From Bacillota bacterium (lineage in GTDB: Bacteria > Bacillota > Clostridia > Acetivibrionales > JANLFN01): a stretch of 64,000 nucleotides of DNA. Location: assembly GCA_023421675.1 (NCBI GenBank), contig JAEZTC010000001.1, positions 31,388 to 95,387 on the forward strand, read 5' to 3'. The notes under the pieces are model-generated. The model saw only the letters and a program-made list of their open reading frames with translations, did no database searches and had not been told where the DNA came from. Of this stretch, positions 21,102-29,710 are shown in pieces. The first letter of the stretch is position 1. Each line of letters begins with the position of its first letter. A program made the translations under genes and the position numbers.

Positions 21102-21280
21102 ATGTCTGCCTCCTAAAGTCTTTTATCCATACTTATATTTTACTCCTGAGATATTACCCGGAACAATGGACTTTTAGGACTTGTTAAGGTGTGAAAATAG
21201 GCAGGGGATATTATGGGACTTATGTACCATTTCCAATGCAGCAATGAGGCGCATGTACTAGCTTTAAGGCTTGTTCAAGC

Positions 21281-21308
21281 TTGACACCGCATTTTAATAT
21301 GTTATACT
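21281..21308 (+). promoter_or_regulatory. sigma-A-type promoter for smpB
   Basis: TTGACA (21281-21286), 16-nt spacer, TG-extended -10 TGtTATACT (21300-21308). Lies about 90 nt upstream of the smpB ATG. Confidence 0.55.
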
Positions 21309-21395
21309 ATTATAGTAACCGAACAAATGTATTAAACAATGCCCTTTCACAAAGAAGGGTTATTTTTATCCCGGTAAAAGGACGAAGGTAGCGGA

Positions 21396-21860
21396 ATGTC
21401 AGGCGAAGGTATTAAAATAGTTGCTCAAAACAAAAAAGCTAGGCACGATTACTTTATTGAAGATACTCTTGAAGCAGGCATAGTGCTTTCAGGTACCGAG
21501 GTCAAGTCTATAAGACAGGGCAAGGTTAATTTGAAGGATAGCTATGCAATGATAGAAGACGGTGAAGTAATCTTAAGCGGTATGCACATAAGTCCTTATG
21601 AGCAGGGCAACATATTTAACAAGGATCCTTTGAGGGACCGCAAGCTGCTGCTTCATAAGTACGAGATAAACAAGCTTATCGGTTACACACAGCAGAAAGG
21701 CCTCACAATAGTTCCTCTACAGCTGTATTTTACACGAGGAAAGGTAAAACTGCAGCTTGGAATAGCTAAAGGTAAAAAGCTCTACGACAAACGCGACGAC
21801 ATAGCGGAAAGAGATGCGAAGCGCAATATAGACAGAATGATGAAGGAACAGAGTAGGTAA
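21396..21860 (+). CDS. smpB: SsrA-binding protein
   Basis: 154 aa. SmpB signature ([30 protein letters not shown]). Immediately upstream of tmRNA. Confidence 0.95.
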   Translation: MSGEGIKIVAQNKKARHDYFIEDTLEAGIVLSGTEVKSIRQGKVNLKDSYAMIEDGEVILSGMHISPYEQGNIFNKDPLRDRKLLLHKYEINKLIGYTQQKGLTIVPLQLYFTRGKVKLQLGIAKGKKLYDKRDDIAERDAKRNIDRMMKEQSR

Positions 21861-21890
21861 TTGAGAATTGAGAATGGAGAATTGAGAATT
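21859..21890. repeat. left 32-nt inverted repeat (tandem GAGAATT heptamers) flanking the four-helix-bundle gene
   Basis: AATTGAGAATTGAGAATGGAGAATTGAGAATT. Complementary at 29/32 positions to 22301-22332. Confidence 0.85.
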
Positions 21891-21937
21891 ATTTTAAATT
21901 CATTTTTAGTTCTAGATTATTTATAAAGGGATGCATA

Positions 21938-22297
21938 ATGAAGGATAATGTTATTGTTACTAAAACCTTCAGGTTTGCAGTAAAAGTTGTAGAATGCTAT
22001 AAGATGTTGTGTAATACAAGTAAGGAGTATGTATTGTCTAAACAACTTCTTAGTTCAGGTACCAGTATAGGGGCAAATGTGAGGGAAGCGGTACAGGCTC
22101 AAAGTAAAAAGGATTTTGTTTCAAAAATGTCTATCTCTCTTAAGGAAGCTTATGAGACTCAATATTGGATTGAGTTGCTGAAAGAGACAGAGTACATTGA
22201 TAACCAAATAGCAAGCGAATTAATTGATCAATTGGATGAGATTATAAGAATTCTTAGTTCTATTATCAAATCATCAAAGGATAATAAGCAGAAGTAG
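21938..22297 (+). CDS. four-helix-bundle protein (TIGR02436 / 23S rRNA intervening-sequence protein family)
   Basis: 119 aa. Family-typical sequence FRFAVKVVECYK...SKQLLSSGTSIGANVREAQ...SKKDFVSKMSISLKEAYETQYWIELL. RBS is AAAGGGA. Confidence 0.8.
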   Translation: MKDNVIVTKTFRFAVKVVECYKMLCNTSKEYVLSKQLLSSGTSIGANVREAVQAQSKKDFVSKMSISLKEAYETQYWIELLKETEYIDNQIASELIDQLDEIIRILSSIIKSSKDNKQK

Positions 22298-22300
22298 TTC

Positions 22301-22332
22301 TAATTCTCAATTCTCAATTGTCAATTTTCAAT
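22301..22332. repeat. right 32-nt inverted repeat (AATTCTC heptamers), partner of 21859-21890
   Basis: AATTCTCAATTCTCAATTGTCAATTTTCAATT. Starts 4 nt after the stop codon and ends 10 nt before the tmRNA 5' end. Confidence 0.85.
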
Positions 22333-22341
22333 TATATTTTT

Positions 22342-22732
22342 GGGGGCGTATTGGTTTCGACGGGATTGTTGAGACTTGGGTAGCGGGTAGAGGATTCTCG
22401 TTGGCCTCTTAAAAAACGAGAAACTAAAATTAAACGCTAAAAATAATAACAATTATTCATTAGCTTTAGCAGCTTAATACTGCTAACCGTCAGTCCAGGG
22501 TTCCTGCACCTTGGGTAGCTGGCGTCATTAAGTCAGGCCTTCGGCATAGGAAGGTTAAATGCTGGAACTTTTGCAGCGGTAGCCTTGAGCTGTAATCGTA
22601 TTTAAAGGATACTGAAAGTGTAATCCTGCCTGTGGGAGTGCACCGTAGGGAATGTAAAAATGCAGGATACACCCGTAGAAGCTCTTGTGGATATGGTTTC
22701 GGACAGGGGTTCGACACCCCTCGCCTCCACCA
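22342..22732 (+). ncRNA. ssrA: transfer-messenger RNA (tmRNA, 10Sa RNA)
   Basis: 5' GGGGGCGTATTGGTTTCGACGGG and 3' GGACAGGGGTTCGACACCCCTCGCCTCCACCA. Internal tag reading frame GCT AAA AAT AAT AAC AAT TAT TCA TTA GCT TTA GCA GCT TAA gives AKNNNNYSLALAA. Follows smpB. Confidence 0.95.
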
Positions 22733-22741
22733 AAATGAAAA

Positions 22742-22770
22742 GTATCACCATCAGGTGATGCTTTTTTATT
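22742..22770 (+). terminator. rho-independent terminator of ssrA
   Basis: GTATCACC-atca-GGTGATGC stem followed by TTTTTTATTTT. Confidence 0.8.
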
Positions 22771-22806
22771 TTGCATAGAATCGGAAGGGGTGTCGAACCT
22801 AGCGGC
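22763..22806. repeat. left boundary direct repeat (DR-L) of the ssrA-adjacent island
   Basis: TTTTTATTTTGCATAGAATCGGAAGGGGTGTCGAACCTAGCGGC. The 3' 28-mer is identical to 34807-34834. Begins in the terminator T-tract. Confidence 0.8.
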
Positions 22807-22813
22807 TTGGAGC

Positions 22814-22929
22814 GTAAAGGAAACGTGCTGAATGCACGTTTTTAGCGACAAGTGAGGAGACAGGACCCGCCAGCGGGTGGCGACTCGGAAGTATGCGAGC
22901 ACAGCGAAGCAGACGGTCGACTCTGAGCC
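22814..22929 (+). repeat. ~115-nt conserved element, copy 1 (possible structured RNA)
   Basis: About 93% identical to 23576-23690. Internal hairpins ACGTGC-tgaat-GCACGT and ACCCGC-ca-GCGGGT. Copy 1 is followed by an AAGCCGCT/AGCGGCTT terminator-like hairpin. Confidence 0.6.
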
Positions 22930-23078
22930 TGAGCCAAATAAAGCCGCTGATGAAGCGGCTTTTGCCATAATGGTTAATATAAGCCTGATTAATGAAAGTA
23001 AGTTTCGTGCAATATGGATTTGTGGTAGTTACTTATTTAGTGGATATAGTTTAGTCAAGGGAATCCTATTTCTTGATA

Positions 23079-23225
23079 TTAATCATCTTCGCCGTAACCA
23101 TATTGAGTATTCTTATATCCGCAATACTTACATCTAACATAAGCATATTCATTATCACCATCTTCCCAGGGAAGGGTCAATTCCCCGCCAGACAATGATT
23201 GTCCACAATTTTCACATGTATCCAT
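23079..23225 (-). CDS. 48-aa zinc-ribbon protein (not in the ORF track, below 60 aa)
   Basis: Minus strand reads MDTCENCGQSLSGGELTLPWEDGDNEYAYVRCKYCGYKNTQYGYGEDD*. Two CxxC pairs. Strong RBS AAGGAGGTG 6 nt upstream. Confidence 0.55.
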   Translation of the reverse strand: MDTCENCGQSLSGGELTLPWEDGDNEYAYVRCKYCGYKNTQYGYGEDD

Positions 23226-23575
23226 TAGTGCACCTCCTTAGCTTATCCATTCTCAACAAAATCAATATTATATTAATGTTATGTTATGGAAACTCATAAG
23301 TCAAGTCGATCAACAAAATAGGCGCTGTCATCAGATATTGGAAATTTTCCTATCAACATTTGAACTATGTAGGATAACAAAGTAGTAATCATAAAAAAGT
23401 AATGCAAGGGAAGGGATGAGAAAGAGCCTTCGAGGGGTAATCGCTAAAAAAATTTGGGTAGACATTAGATAGACAATTCTACTTTAAAACTCCAAAATAG
23501 GACATGATATTGCATAATACTGGAAGGTAAAAGATGGGATACCAATTTCCTTGGGATACCTTGTTTTAAGGGATA

Positions 23576-23690
23576 GTAAGGGAAACGTGCTGAATGCACG
23601 TTTTCAGCGATAAGTGAGGAGCCAGGACCCGCCAGCGGGTGGCGACTCGGAAGTATGCGAGTGAAGCGAGCAGACGGTCGACTCTGAGCC
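23576..23690 (+). repeat. ~115-nt conserved element, copy 2
   Basis: Direct-orientation near-identical copy of 22814-22929. Lies about 340 nt upstream of the HD-GHKL gene. Confidence 0.6.
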
Positions 23691-24032
23691 TCTACCAAGC
23701 AAAACCTCGATAGAAGTATAAGTTGCATACTCCATGGCTTTTGTTATTTGTAATCGCATGATGGGTGTAGGGGACTTCAATCAAATTGGTAAATAAAAAT
23801 ATTATAATTAAAAACTTTTGATATTAGTATATTGAGAAAGTTACCTACCTTATTATGTCAGTAACCATGCTTTATGACATAAGGGTAACTATCGTATAAT
23901 ATTAAATACAGAGATTTTTTCGAAAAGATACAATATTCTTGAAAAACAGGGCGGAAGTTGATAAAAATTGTTATTATATGTATAATTATTGCTAATATTA
24001 CTTTTAACTTATGTGGGGGGAATTATAAAATA

Positions 24033-26876
24033 ATGGATTCCATAGAAATACCTAAACGATTTGAAAAAAAATTAGAGAGTGATCCTGATTATTGTGTTAT
24101 TGTTAAGGAAATAATTCGCAGGTTTTCACCTATTATTAAAGATAATAAATTAGAATTTTTTCCTGAGTACACTGATCATGGGTTCTTACATATAAATAAT
24201 ACTTTACAGCTTGCTGATAGGATAATTCCAGATGAAACATATAATAAATTAAATACTTTAGACATAAGCATGATTATATTATCTGTTTTTTTGCATGACT
24301 TAGGAATGCATATTACATATGAATTTTTTATTGAATTAATTCAAGGAAAGTCTAAAAATTGTATTGATACGAGGGTTGACAATAAAACATGGGATATTTT
24401 ATGGGATGAGTTTTTTGCAGAAGCTAAGCTTTGGAGCGCAAAAAAACGCCAGTCTTTATTTAAGGATGACTTTGAAATTAAGCAACCTCCTATTAAAAGG
24501 GGAGAAGCAACAGAGAATGATAAGAAGTTTATTGGAGAATTTTTGAGGAAATATCACTCAAGACTAGCATACGAAATATGCATTTTTGGATTTCTGCAAG
24601 TTGATGGATCTAGAATGGAGCTTTCTGACAATTTAGACAATAAGCAAAAAGTATTATTAGGACTTATTGCAAGGAGTCATGGCTTAAATTTGTGGGATGT
24701 TTTTCAATACATTGAGAATGAATTTGGAAGGGAACAAATTCGATCACCCAAAAATGTTCATGCAATTTATATTATGGTTGTTTTAAGAATATCAGACTAT
24801 TTTGATATGGATAAAAGTAGGGCTAATACGCCTATTCTGAAATTTAGAAAAATAAATAGTAGTATTTCGGAATTAGAGTGGGAAAAGCATAAGGCAGTTG
24901 ATTATATAGCAATGGAATTTCAAGATGATCCAGAATCAATTTTTGTGTATATTAATGAAATTGCGCAGAGTAAAGTATACTTAGGTATAAATGACTTGTT
25001 GAAAAACATGCAAAGTGAGCTAGATACATGTTGGGCAGTTTTGGGTAAAGTATATGGGGCATATGAGAATTTACAACTTTCTTTTAGGAGAATACATTCA
25101 AATTTGGACAATAAAGATGTGTTCTTAAAGAAAGTAAAATTTGTTCCGGAAAGAATTAAATTTGATTCCAATCCAGATATTTTAAAACTCTTAATACAAC
25201 CTTTATATGGGCATAACCCAGCATATGGAATAAGAGAACTTTTGCAAAATGCTATAGATGCTTGTGTAGAAAAGGAAAAGGTTTATTCTGAAAAGTATAC
25301 ACCTAACATCATAATAACTATTGATCAAGAGTGTTTAACTGTAGAAGATAATGGTATAGGGATGAATAAAGATATATTGATAAATTACTTCCTTGTAGCA
25401 GGAGCTTCATTTAGAAATAGTGATGTATGGAAAAAGACCTATTGTTTAAATGATAAATCTACTATACCAAGAAGTGGAAGATTTGGTGTGGGTGTTTTTG
25501 CTAGTTTTCTTATTGGAAATGAAATTTCAGTTGAAACTTATAGGATGGGTGAAGATATAGGGTATAAATTTGACGCTAATATTGATACAGATCAAATTGA
25601 AGTGATAAAAGTGATTCCTGATGGAAAGAAATCTGGTACCAAAATTAAGATTAAACTAGATAAAATAGTTCTGGAAGAATTGAAAAACCAATTTGAAAAC
25701 AGTACTGATGAAATAAATTGGAGAAATTGGTATTTTGGGGACAACCCAAAACTTATAATAAATGTGCCAGACGGATGGGTGAAGGGGAGGGACAATGATG
25801 AAATAAAGGTTAGTTTATACAATGATAAGCTTGAGTCTTATTGGAAATCAATAAAGCCAGAGGGATATCATAGAGTTGATTGGACGTATAAATCATATAA
25901 TATGCTTATTTGTAATGGGATAATTATTCGAAATGGGTATAGTGCATATAGATTCATGAGATACAGGTTTCCGGAGAGCTTTTTGCAACCTTTAGTTTCA
26001 GTTGTAGACAGTGATGCTAACTTACCTTTAAATCTTGATAGAAATGGCATAAGCAACAATAGGCTTCCTTTCGAAACAGATCTTGTAAAAGACATCTATA
26101 CCGATATTATAGCAAAACTAATAATGTCAAATGATATTACCGAACTAAATGAGGAAAAGTTAATAATAAAAGAAACAAATCTTTTACACCCAGCAATAAG
26201 TCCGAGAGATTATTCGTATCGTGTTTTCGATTCTTCTGATTATCTCTTAACAAAAAAAGGATTTAATTTGTGCCATTACTATAGCTTGGAAAAACTAGAC
26301 GTTAAGCTTATTAATCGAATGTGGGTAAAAAGTGATACTCAACAAATAGATGATAAAGAATTTATCTCTAAGATTGACCATTTGATTGTAACTAAAGGTA
26401 GAATTTCTTCTATACAACAATATAAACAATGCATAGATTTAAATTATGCAATTAATCTTGGGAAGGCATATGATTTATCAAACATTCGGGCCTATATTAA
26501 AAAGGTCGAATTTAATTATATATTTGAAGAAAACAAAAATAGAATGCGTGCTGGATTTGAAAATAATATTGTTATAGAAAGTGAAAGTAACAATTGGTAC
26601 TGTATAACCTATGGAGATGTACCTAGTCCAAAGCTTGATATTGAATATTTGGAAAGGAATAGTAATAATATTAATCTATTTGTAGAATATTATTATAAAC
26701 TTACAACACAAGAGAAACGTCTTCAAGAACAATATTATTATAGATATGATGAAACTACTTTGTTTGAAGAGTTATTGACAAAGTATATGGGGGAAGATAT
26801 TTATATACCATACGATATTGGTACCAGAATGATTAAATATGATAAGCTAGTAAAAGAGATAAATAATGAGGTATAA
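24033..26876 (+). CDS. HD-phosphohydrolase / GHKL (Hsp90-MORC-like HATPase) fusion protein, candidate defence protein
   Basis: N-terminal HD motifs (DHGFLHINN; FLHDLGMH). Central Bergerat ATPase motifs: N-box ELLQNAIDA, G1 VEDNGIGM, G2 GRFGVGVFASF. The reading frame opens at 23958 with an I-rich AT-junk extension. Strikingly AT-rich codon usage. Confidence 0.75.
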   Translation: MDSIEIPKRFEKKLESDPDYCVIVKEIIRRFSPIIKDNKLEFFPEYTDHGFLHINNTLQLADRIIPDETYNKLNTLDISMIILSVFLHDLGMHITYEFFIELIQGKSKNCIDTRVDNKTWDILWDEFFAEAKLWSAKKRQSLFKDDFEIKQPPIKRGEATENDKKFIGEFLRKYHSRLAYEICIFGFLQVDGSRMELSDNLDNKQKVLLGLIARSHGLNLWDVFQYIENEFGREQIRSPKNVHAIYIMVVLRISDYFDMDKSRANTPILKFRKINSSISELEWEKHKAVDYIAMEFQDDPESIFVYINEIAQSKVYLGINDLLKNMQSELDTCWAVLGKVYGAYENLQLSFRRIHSNLDNKDVFLKKVKFVPERIKFDSNPDILKLLIQPLYGHNPAYGIRELLQNAIDACVEKEKVYSEKYTPNIIITIDQECLTVEDNGIGMNKDILINYFLVAGASFRNSDVWKKTYCLNDKSTIPRSGRFGVGVFASFLIGNEISVETYRMGEDIGYKFDANIDTDQIEVIKVIPDGKKSGTKIKIKLDKIVLEELKNQFENSTDEINWRNWYFGDNPKLIINVPDGWVKGRDNDEIKVSLYNDKLESYWKSIKPEGYHRVDWTYKSYNMLICNGIIIRNGYSAYRFMRYRFPESFLQPLVSVVDSDANLPLNLDRNGISNNRLPFETDLVKDIYTDIIAKLIMSNDITELNEEKLIIKETNLLHPAISPRDYSYRVFDSSDYLLTKKGFNLCHYYSLEKLDVKLINRMWVKSDTQQIDDKEFISKIDHLIVTKGRISSIQQYKQCIDLNYAINLGKAYDLSNIRAYIKKVEFNYIFEENKNRMRAGFENNIVIESESNNWYCITYGDVPSPKLDIEYLERNSNNINLFVEYYYKLTTQEKRLQEQYYYRYDETTLFEELLTKYMGEDIYIPYDIGTRMIKYDKLVKEINNEV

Positions 26877-26895
26877 GGAAGGTATATTGCCCCAG

Positions 26896-27110
26896 GTTCC
26901 TCATTATTTTACAGCATCGGCAAGAACCCATTTATAGGGGATAACTTTCACTGCGATTTTGGGAAAAACATATATATTGGTGATAATTTTCACGCCGATT
27001 ATAACTGTACAATGCTGGACGTTTGGGAGATAGCCTGTGACCCACTGTATAGATGCCGACATCCGGCCCAATCAGGCAGTTGTTTCCAATACGAATTTCT
27101 GCAAAAGAGT
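26896..27110. pseudogene. scrambled hexapeptide-repeat acetyltransferase (Maa/LacA-like) remnant
   Basis: Plus strand 26896-27026 encodes NPFIGDNFHCDFGKNIYIGDNFHADYNCTMLDV. The next segment, EIRIGNNCLIGPDVGIYTVGH, is on the minus strand (27100-27038). Local inversion, no intact ORF. Confidence 0.55.
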
Positions 27111-27336
27111 TGCTTGCCTGGTAACAGGTGCATTTCCGTCTTGTATTGGCCGGAAGCAAACCATCAATTATATAAAACAAGCTTGTGAGTTAAAAGGTGC
27201 GAAGATTTGTGGAATAGGAAGTGTGGGATGGTGGAGTTTTAATCGCAGTAGGCAAATCTCGGAAGTAGTTAATCATTTGACAAATTGCTTTAAATAGTTT
27301 TAGGACATAAAATACAAGGGTAACTGTATTCCGCTA

Positions 27337-27366
27337 GGGTTGTGATGATAATCACAACCCTTTTTA
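27337..27366 (+). terminator. rho-independent terminator (plus-strand orientation)
   Basis: GGGTTGTGAT-gata-ATCACAACCC stem followed by TTTTTAATTT. Confidence 0.6.
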
Positions 27367-27384
27367 ATTTAATCTCTAACCTAA

Positions 27385-28365
27385 TCAGTGTCCGCCTGAT
27401 TGAAGGTTCAACTGCCTGCTAATCCGTTCCTTTACCTGCGATAGAAAATTATCTGGTCCCAAAACTTTTACTACTGGTCCAAAACTTAAAATACGAATCA
27501 GTAGTTCGGTTTCATCTGCGGGGTCAAAGTTGATGCGGCAAGTGTAAGTATCTCGGTCTTTATCATACTCTGTCTGCCGTTCAAAAGATGCAAATTGAAG
27601 CATACAACGTTCTAATGCGTTACGTTCTTTTGAAATTTCTAAAACCACAGGTTCATTGTGGAAAGGTTCTTTATAAAGTGCATCCAAATCAACAAAAATA
27701 TCAAATTGGTTTTCTGATGGCATAACAGATTTTATGCGCCCAAGATTTAATGTAATCCGTTCAAGTTTGTTATGATGACGGTTGAATGCAGCGCACATGA
27801 GCCTGAATTTATCGTCGCGCGCCGAATAGCATATTTTATACGGATGATATTGCCGCTTGGTACGGCCACCCTTACTACTGCCATATTCGATAATCAGGGG
27901 CTGATGTGCTTTGCAAGCACCGAGAATAGCTTTAAATCGGGCAATATACCCGTCATCGTTGTAATCATCACCGTCAAGATGCTTGTCATATATATGAAAG
28001 TCATTCTGTTCATATAGTGGTTCGATATTATTCAGCGATTCATCTAATACCGTTAGTTGGCTGTCATTTAAAAACAATTTTATACGCCGATCATTAAGAA
28101 GTGCTTTTAACCATGATTTTTCAAGAGTAGTTAAAGGCCTCTTTGTTTCACTGTTGAATTTTGTGAAATATTTTTTGTCCCTTTCCGCAAGTAAACTCCA
28201 TTCACTGGAAAAGAGTGAAGGCAGCAGATGAAAAGCTGTATCATAAAAGCCGTATCCGGAAACAAGTTGTTCAATCTCGGATTTAGATAAGCCGTTCTGG
28301 GCTTGCTCCAAAATTTTAGCCACAACAGTGAAATAGCATCCATAAATTTCGGAAAACAATTCCAT
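27385..28365 (-). CDS. WYL-domain protein (downstream gene of a tandem pair)
   Basis: WYL-like core PYKICYSARDDKFRLMCAAFNRHHNKLERITLNLGRIKSV. AGGAGGTG RBS 6 nt before ATG 28365. Start overlaps the upstream stop codon (TGATG). Confidence 0.7.
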   Translation of the reverse strand: MELFSEIYGCYFTVVAKILEQAQNGLSKSEIEQLVSGYGFYDTAFHLLPSLFSSEWSLLAERDKKYFTKFNSETKRPLTTLEKSWLKALLNDRRIKLFLNDSQLTVLDESLNNIEPLYEQNDFHIYDKHLDGDDYNDDGYIARFKAILGACKAHQPLIIEYGSSKGGRTKRQYHPYKICYSARDDKFRLMCAAFNRHHNKLERITLNLGRIKSVMPSENQFDIFVDLDALYKEPFHNEPVVLEISKERNALERCMLQFASFERQTEYDKDRDTYTCRINFDPADETELLIRILSFGPVVKVLGPDNFLSQVKERISRQLNLQSGGH

Positions 28366-29600
28366 CACTGCTCACCTCCTATACTATACATCTCTGCCAT
28401 TTGGTTAATATCACTGTAAAAACGGTTGACAACAAGCTCGTTTGTCCCTTCAAGCGCGAGAATGCGGCCGGTGAATGTCTTAATCCATGGCGACATATCT
28501 GATGAGTCAAACATTTCCTTGGTGTATAGAAAAGTATTTGTGTCAAGATGCGTAAGTACACCGCCCTGACCCTCTCTCAAGATACGATGGATGATATATT
28601 GCTCACGTTTTTCATCAATGTACAGCTTCATGCATATAACTTCCTTACGGTGTTCACCGCCAAAGCTGACTCCCCAGACCTTATCTAGATTAGTACTTAG
28701 CTTTTCTTTGATTTCAGGAGCAAAATCAATTACAACATCAGGCACAACCGATTTAATATAATCCAAACGATAATTGAAAAAGCGGCGTTTTCGTAGCGAA
28801 TACATGCATGCATATCGGCGCCCGGTTGTCGCACTGACAAATATTTTCAGCGGCAATGCATGTGTGGTCGTGGTCTTTCCGCTTCTTTCGCTTTGATTTT
28901 CAAATACTACTGATTGATTTTTGTGAATAGCTGTAAGCAATTCAAGCAAAATACCGTCCTCAAGAGTGTATGCGATATAGTGATGTTTAAACGCAAATAG
29001 GTCATTTTCAGCATTTTCGTTATCCAAAATATAACTGCCAACTTCCCCGATTGGAGCAACTCCCTGAAAAAACTTGATTGCATCTAAGAATTCATGTGTT
29101 ATGTTGATAGTTTGCGGGGCGATACCGTAGAAAAATACTTTCCCTTGTTTTTCACAAGTCATCATGCCGATTCTTACATACTCATTGCACTTTCCACGGA
29201 CTGTCTGAGCATCAAAAGTGACACCACTTTTTTCGCAAATATAATCAGTAAGTGCATCCACGGCCATTTTTCTGCTTCTTAATGCGTCCAGAATATAAAA
29301 ATGCAGCATAATATCATTTGAAGTAAAACTTTTAGACTTCCATGCTGCGAACAATGGATTAACAGGAATTTTAGAACTGTCCACTGATATGAAGGAGGTT
29401 TTACTGCCATCTTTGTAATCCCATTTCATATATTTCTTGAGATAACTCTCACATCGACGTTTTTCATTATCATAGGTTCTGGCGGATTTTTTAGTGAAAT
29501 CATTGCGCGACTTGAAGCCATATACATAGAAATCTCGCATATAGTCTCGGATTTTATCAAATCTTTTTATCAGTTCTGAAAACTCTGCCATGCCCCTCAC
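28365..29600 (-). CDS. WYL-domain protein (upstream gene of a tandem pair)
   Basis: WYL-like core PLKIFVSATTGRRYACMYSLRKRRFFNYRLDYIKSV. Start is uncertain (GTG 29600 or ATG 29591). Divergent from rtcB. Confidence 0.65.
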   Translation of the reverse strand: MRGMAEFSELIKRFDKIRDYMRDFYVYGFKSRNDFTKKSARTYDNEKRRCESYLKKYMKWDYKDGSKTSFISVDSSKIPVNPLFAAWKSKSFTSNDIMLHFYILDALRSRKMAVDALTDYICEKSGVTFDAQTVRGKCNEYVRIGMMTCEKQGKVFFYGIAPQTINITHEFLDAIKFFQGVAPIGEVGSYILDNENAENDLFAFKHHYIAYTLEDGILLELLTAIHKNQSVVFENQSERSGKTTTTHALPLKIFVSATTGRRYACMYSLRKRRFFNYRLDYIKSVVPDVVIDFAPEIKEKLSTNLDKVWGVSFGGEHRKEVICMKLYIDEKREQYIIHRILREGQGGVLTHLDTNTFLYTKEMFDSSDMSPWIKTFTGRILALEGTNELVVNRFYSDINQMAEMYSIGGEQ

Positions 29601-29710
29601 CCAATAATATGATAATAATTATTCCTTAAAAAATCAACTTCGCAAACTTTTTTAAATGAAAGCAAAATAAGTTACTGGTAAAATTTAACCATAGAAAGGA
29701 GATGAATACA

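Noticed and set aside
21859-22332. GAGAATT heptamer runs as a CRISPR or tandem-repeat array
   Set aside because: Only two short blocks exist. They are inverted relative to each other and together bracket one ORF. There are no spacers and no cas genes.
22763-22806. Boundary repeats as canonical attL/attR duplications of the tmRNA 3' end
   Set aside because: The similarity to tmRNA is only a 14-nt reverse-complement match to the T-loop segment, not a direct copy of the 3' end. No integrase is present. They are kept as boundary repeats of uncertain mechanism.
22878-22918. Group II intron domain V within the 115-nt repeat (shared GTATGCG string)
   Set aside because: There is no complementary 3' strand (CGCATAC-like) to form the domain V hairpin. 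There is no catalytic AGC triad context and no reverse-transcriptase ORF nearby.
22490-23137. Tracked ORFs 22490..22717(-), 22555..22968(-) and 22877..23137(+) as protein-coding genes
   Set aside because: They overlap the tmRNA gene and the conserved 115-nt element on either strand. They have no RBS and no similarity. They are by-products of structured, GC-richer RNA sequence.
23465-23728. 87-aa minus-strand ORF
   Set aside because: Lies entirely within copy 2 of the conserved 115-nt element and its flank. No RBS.
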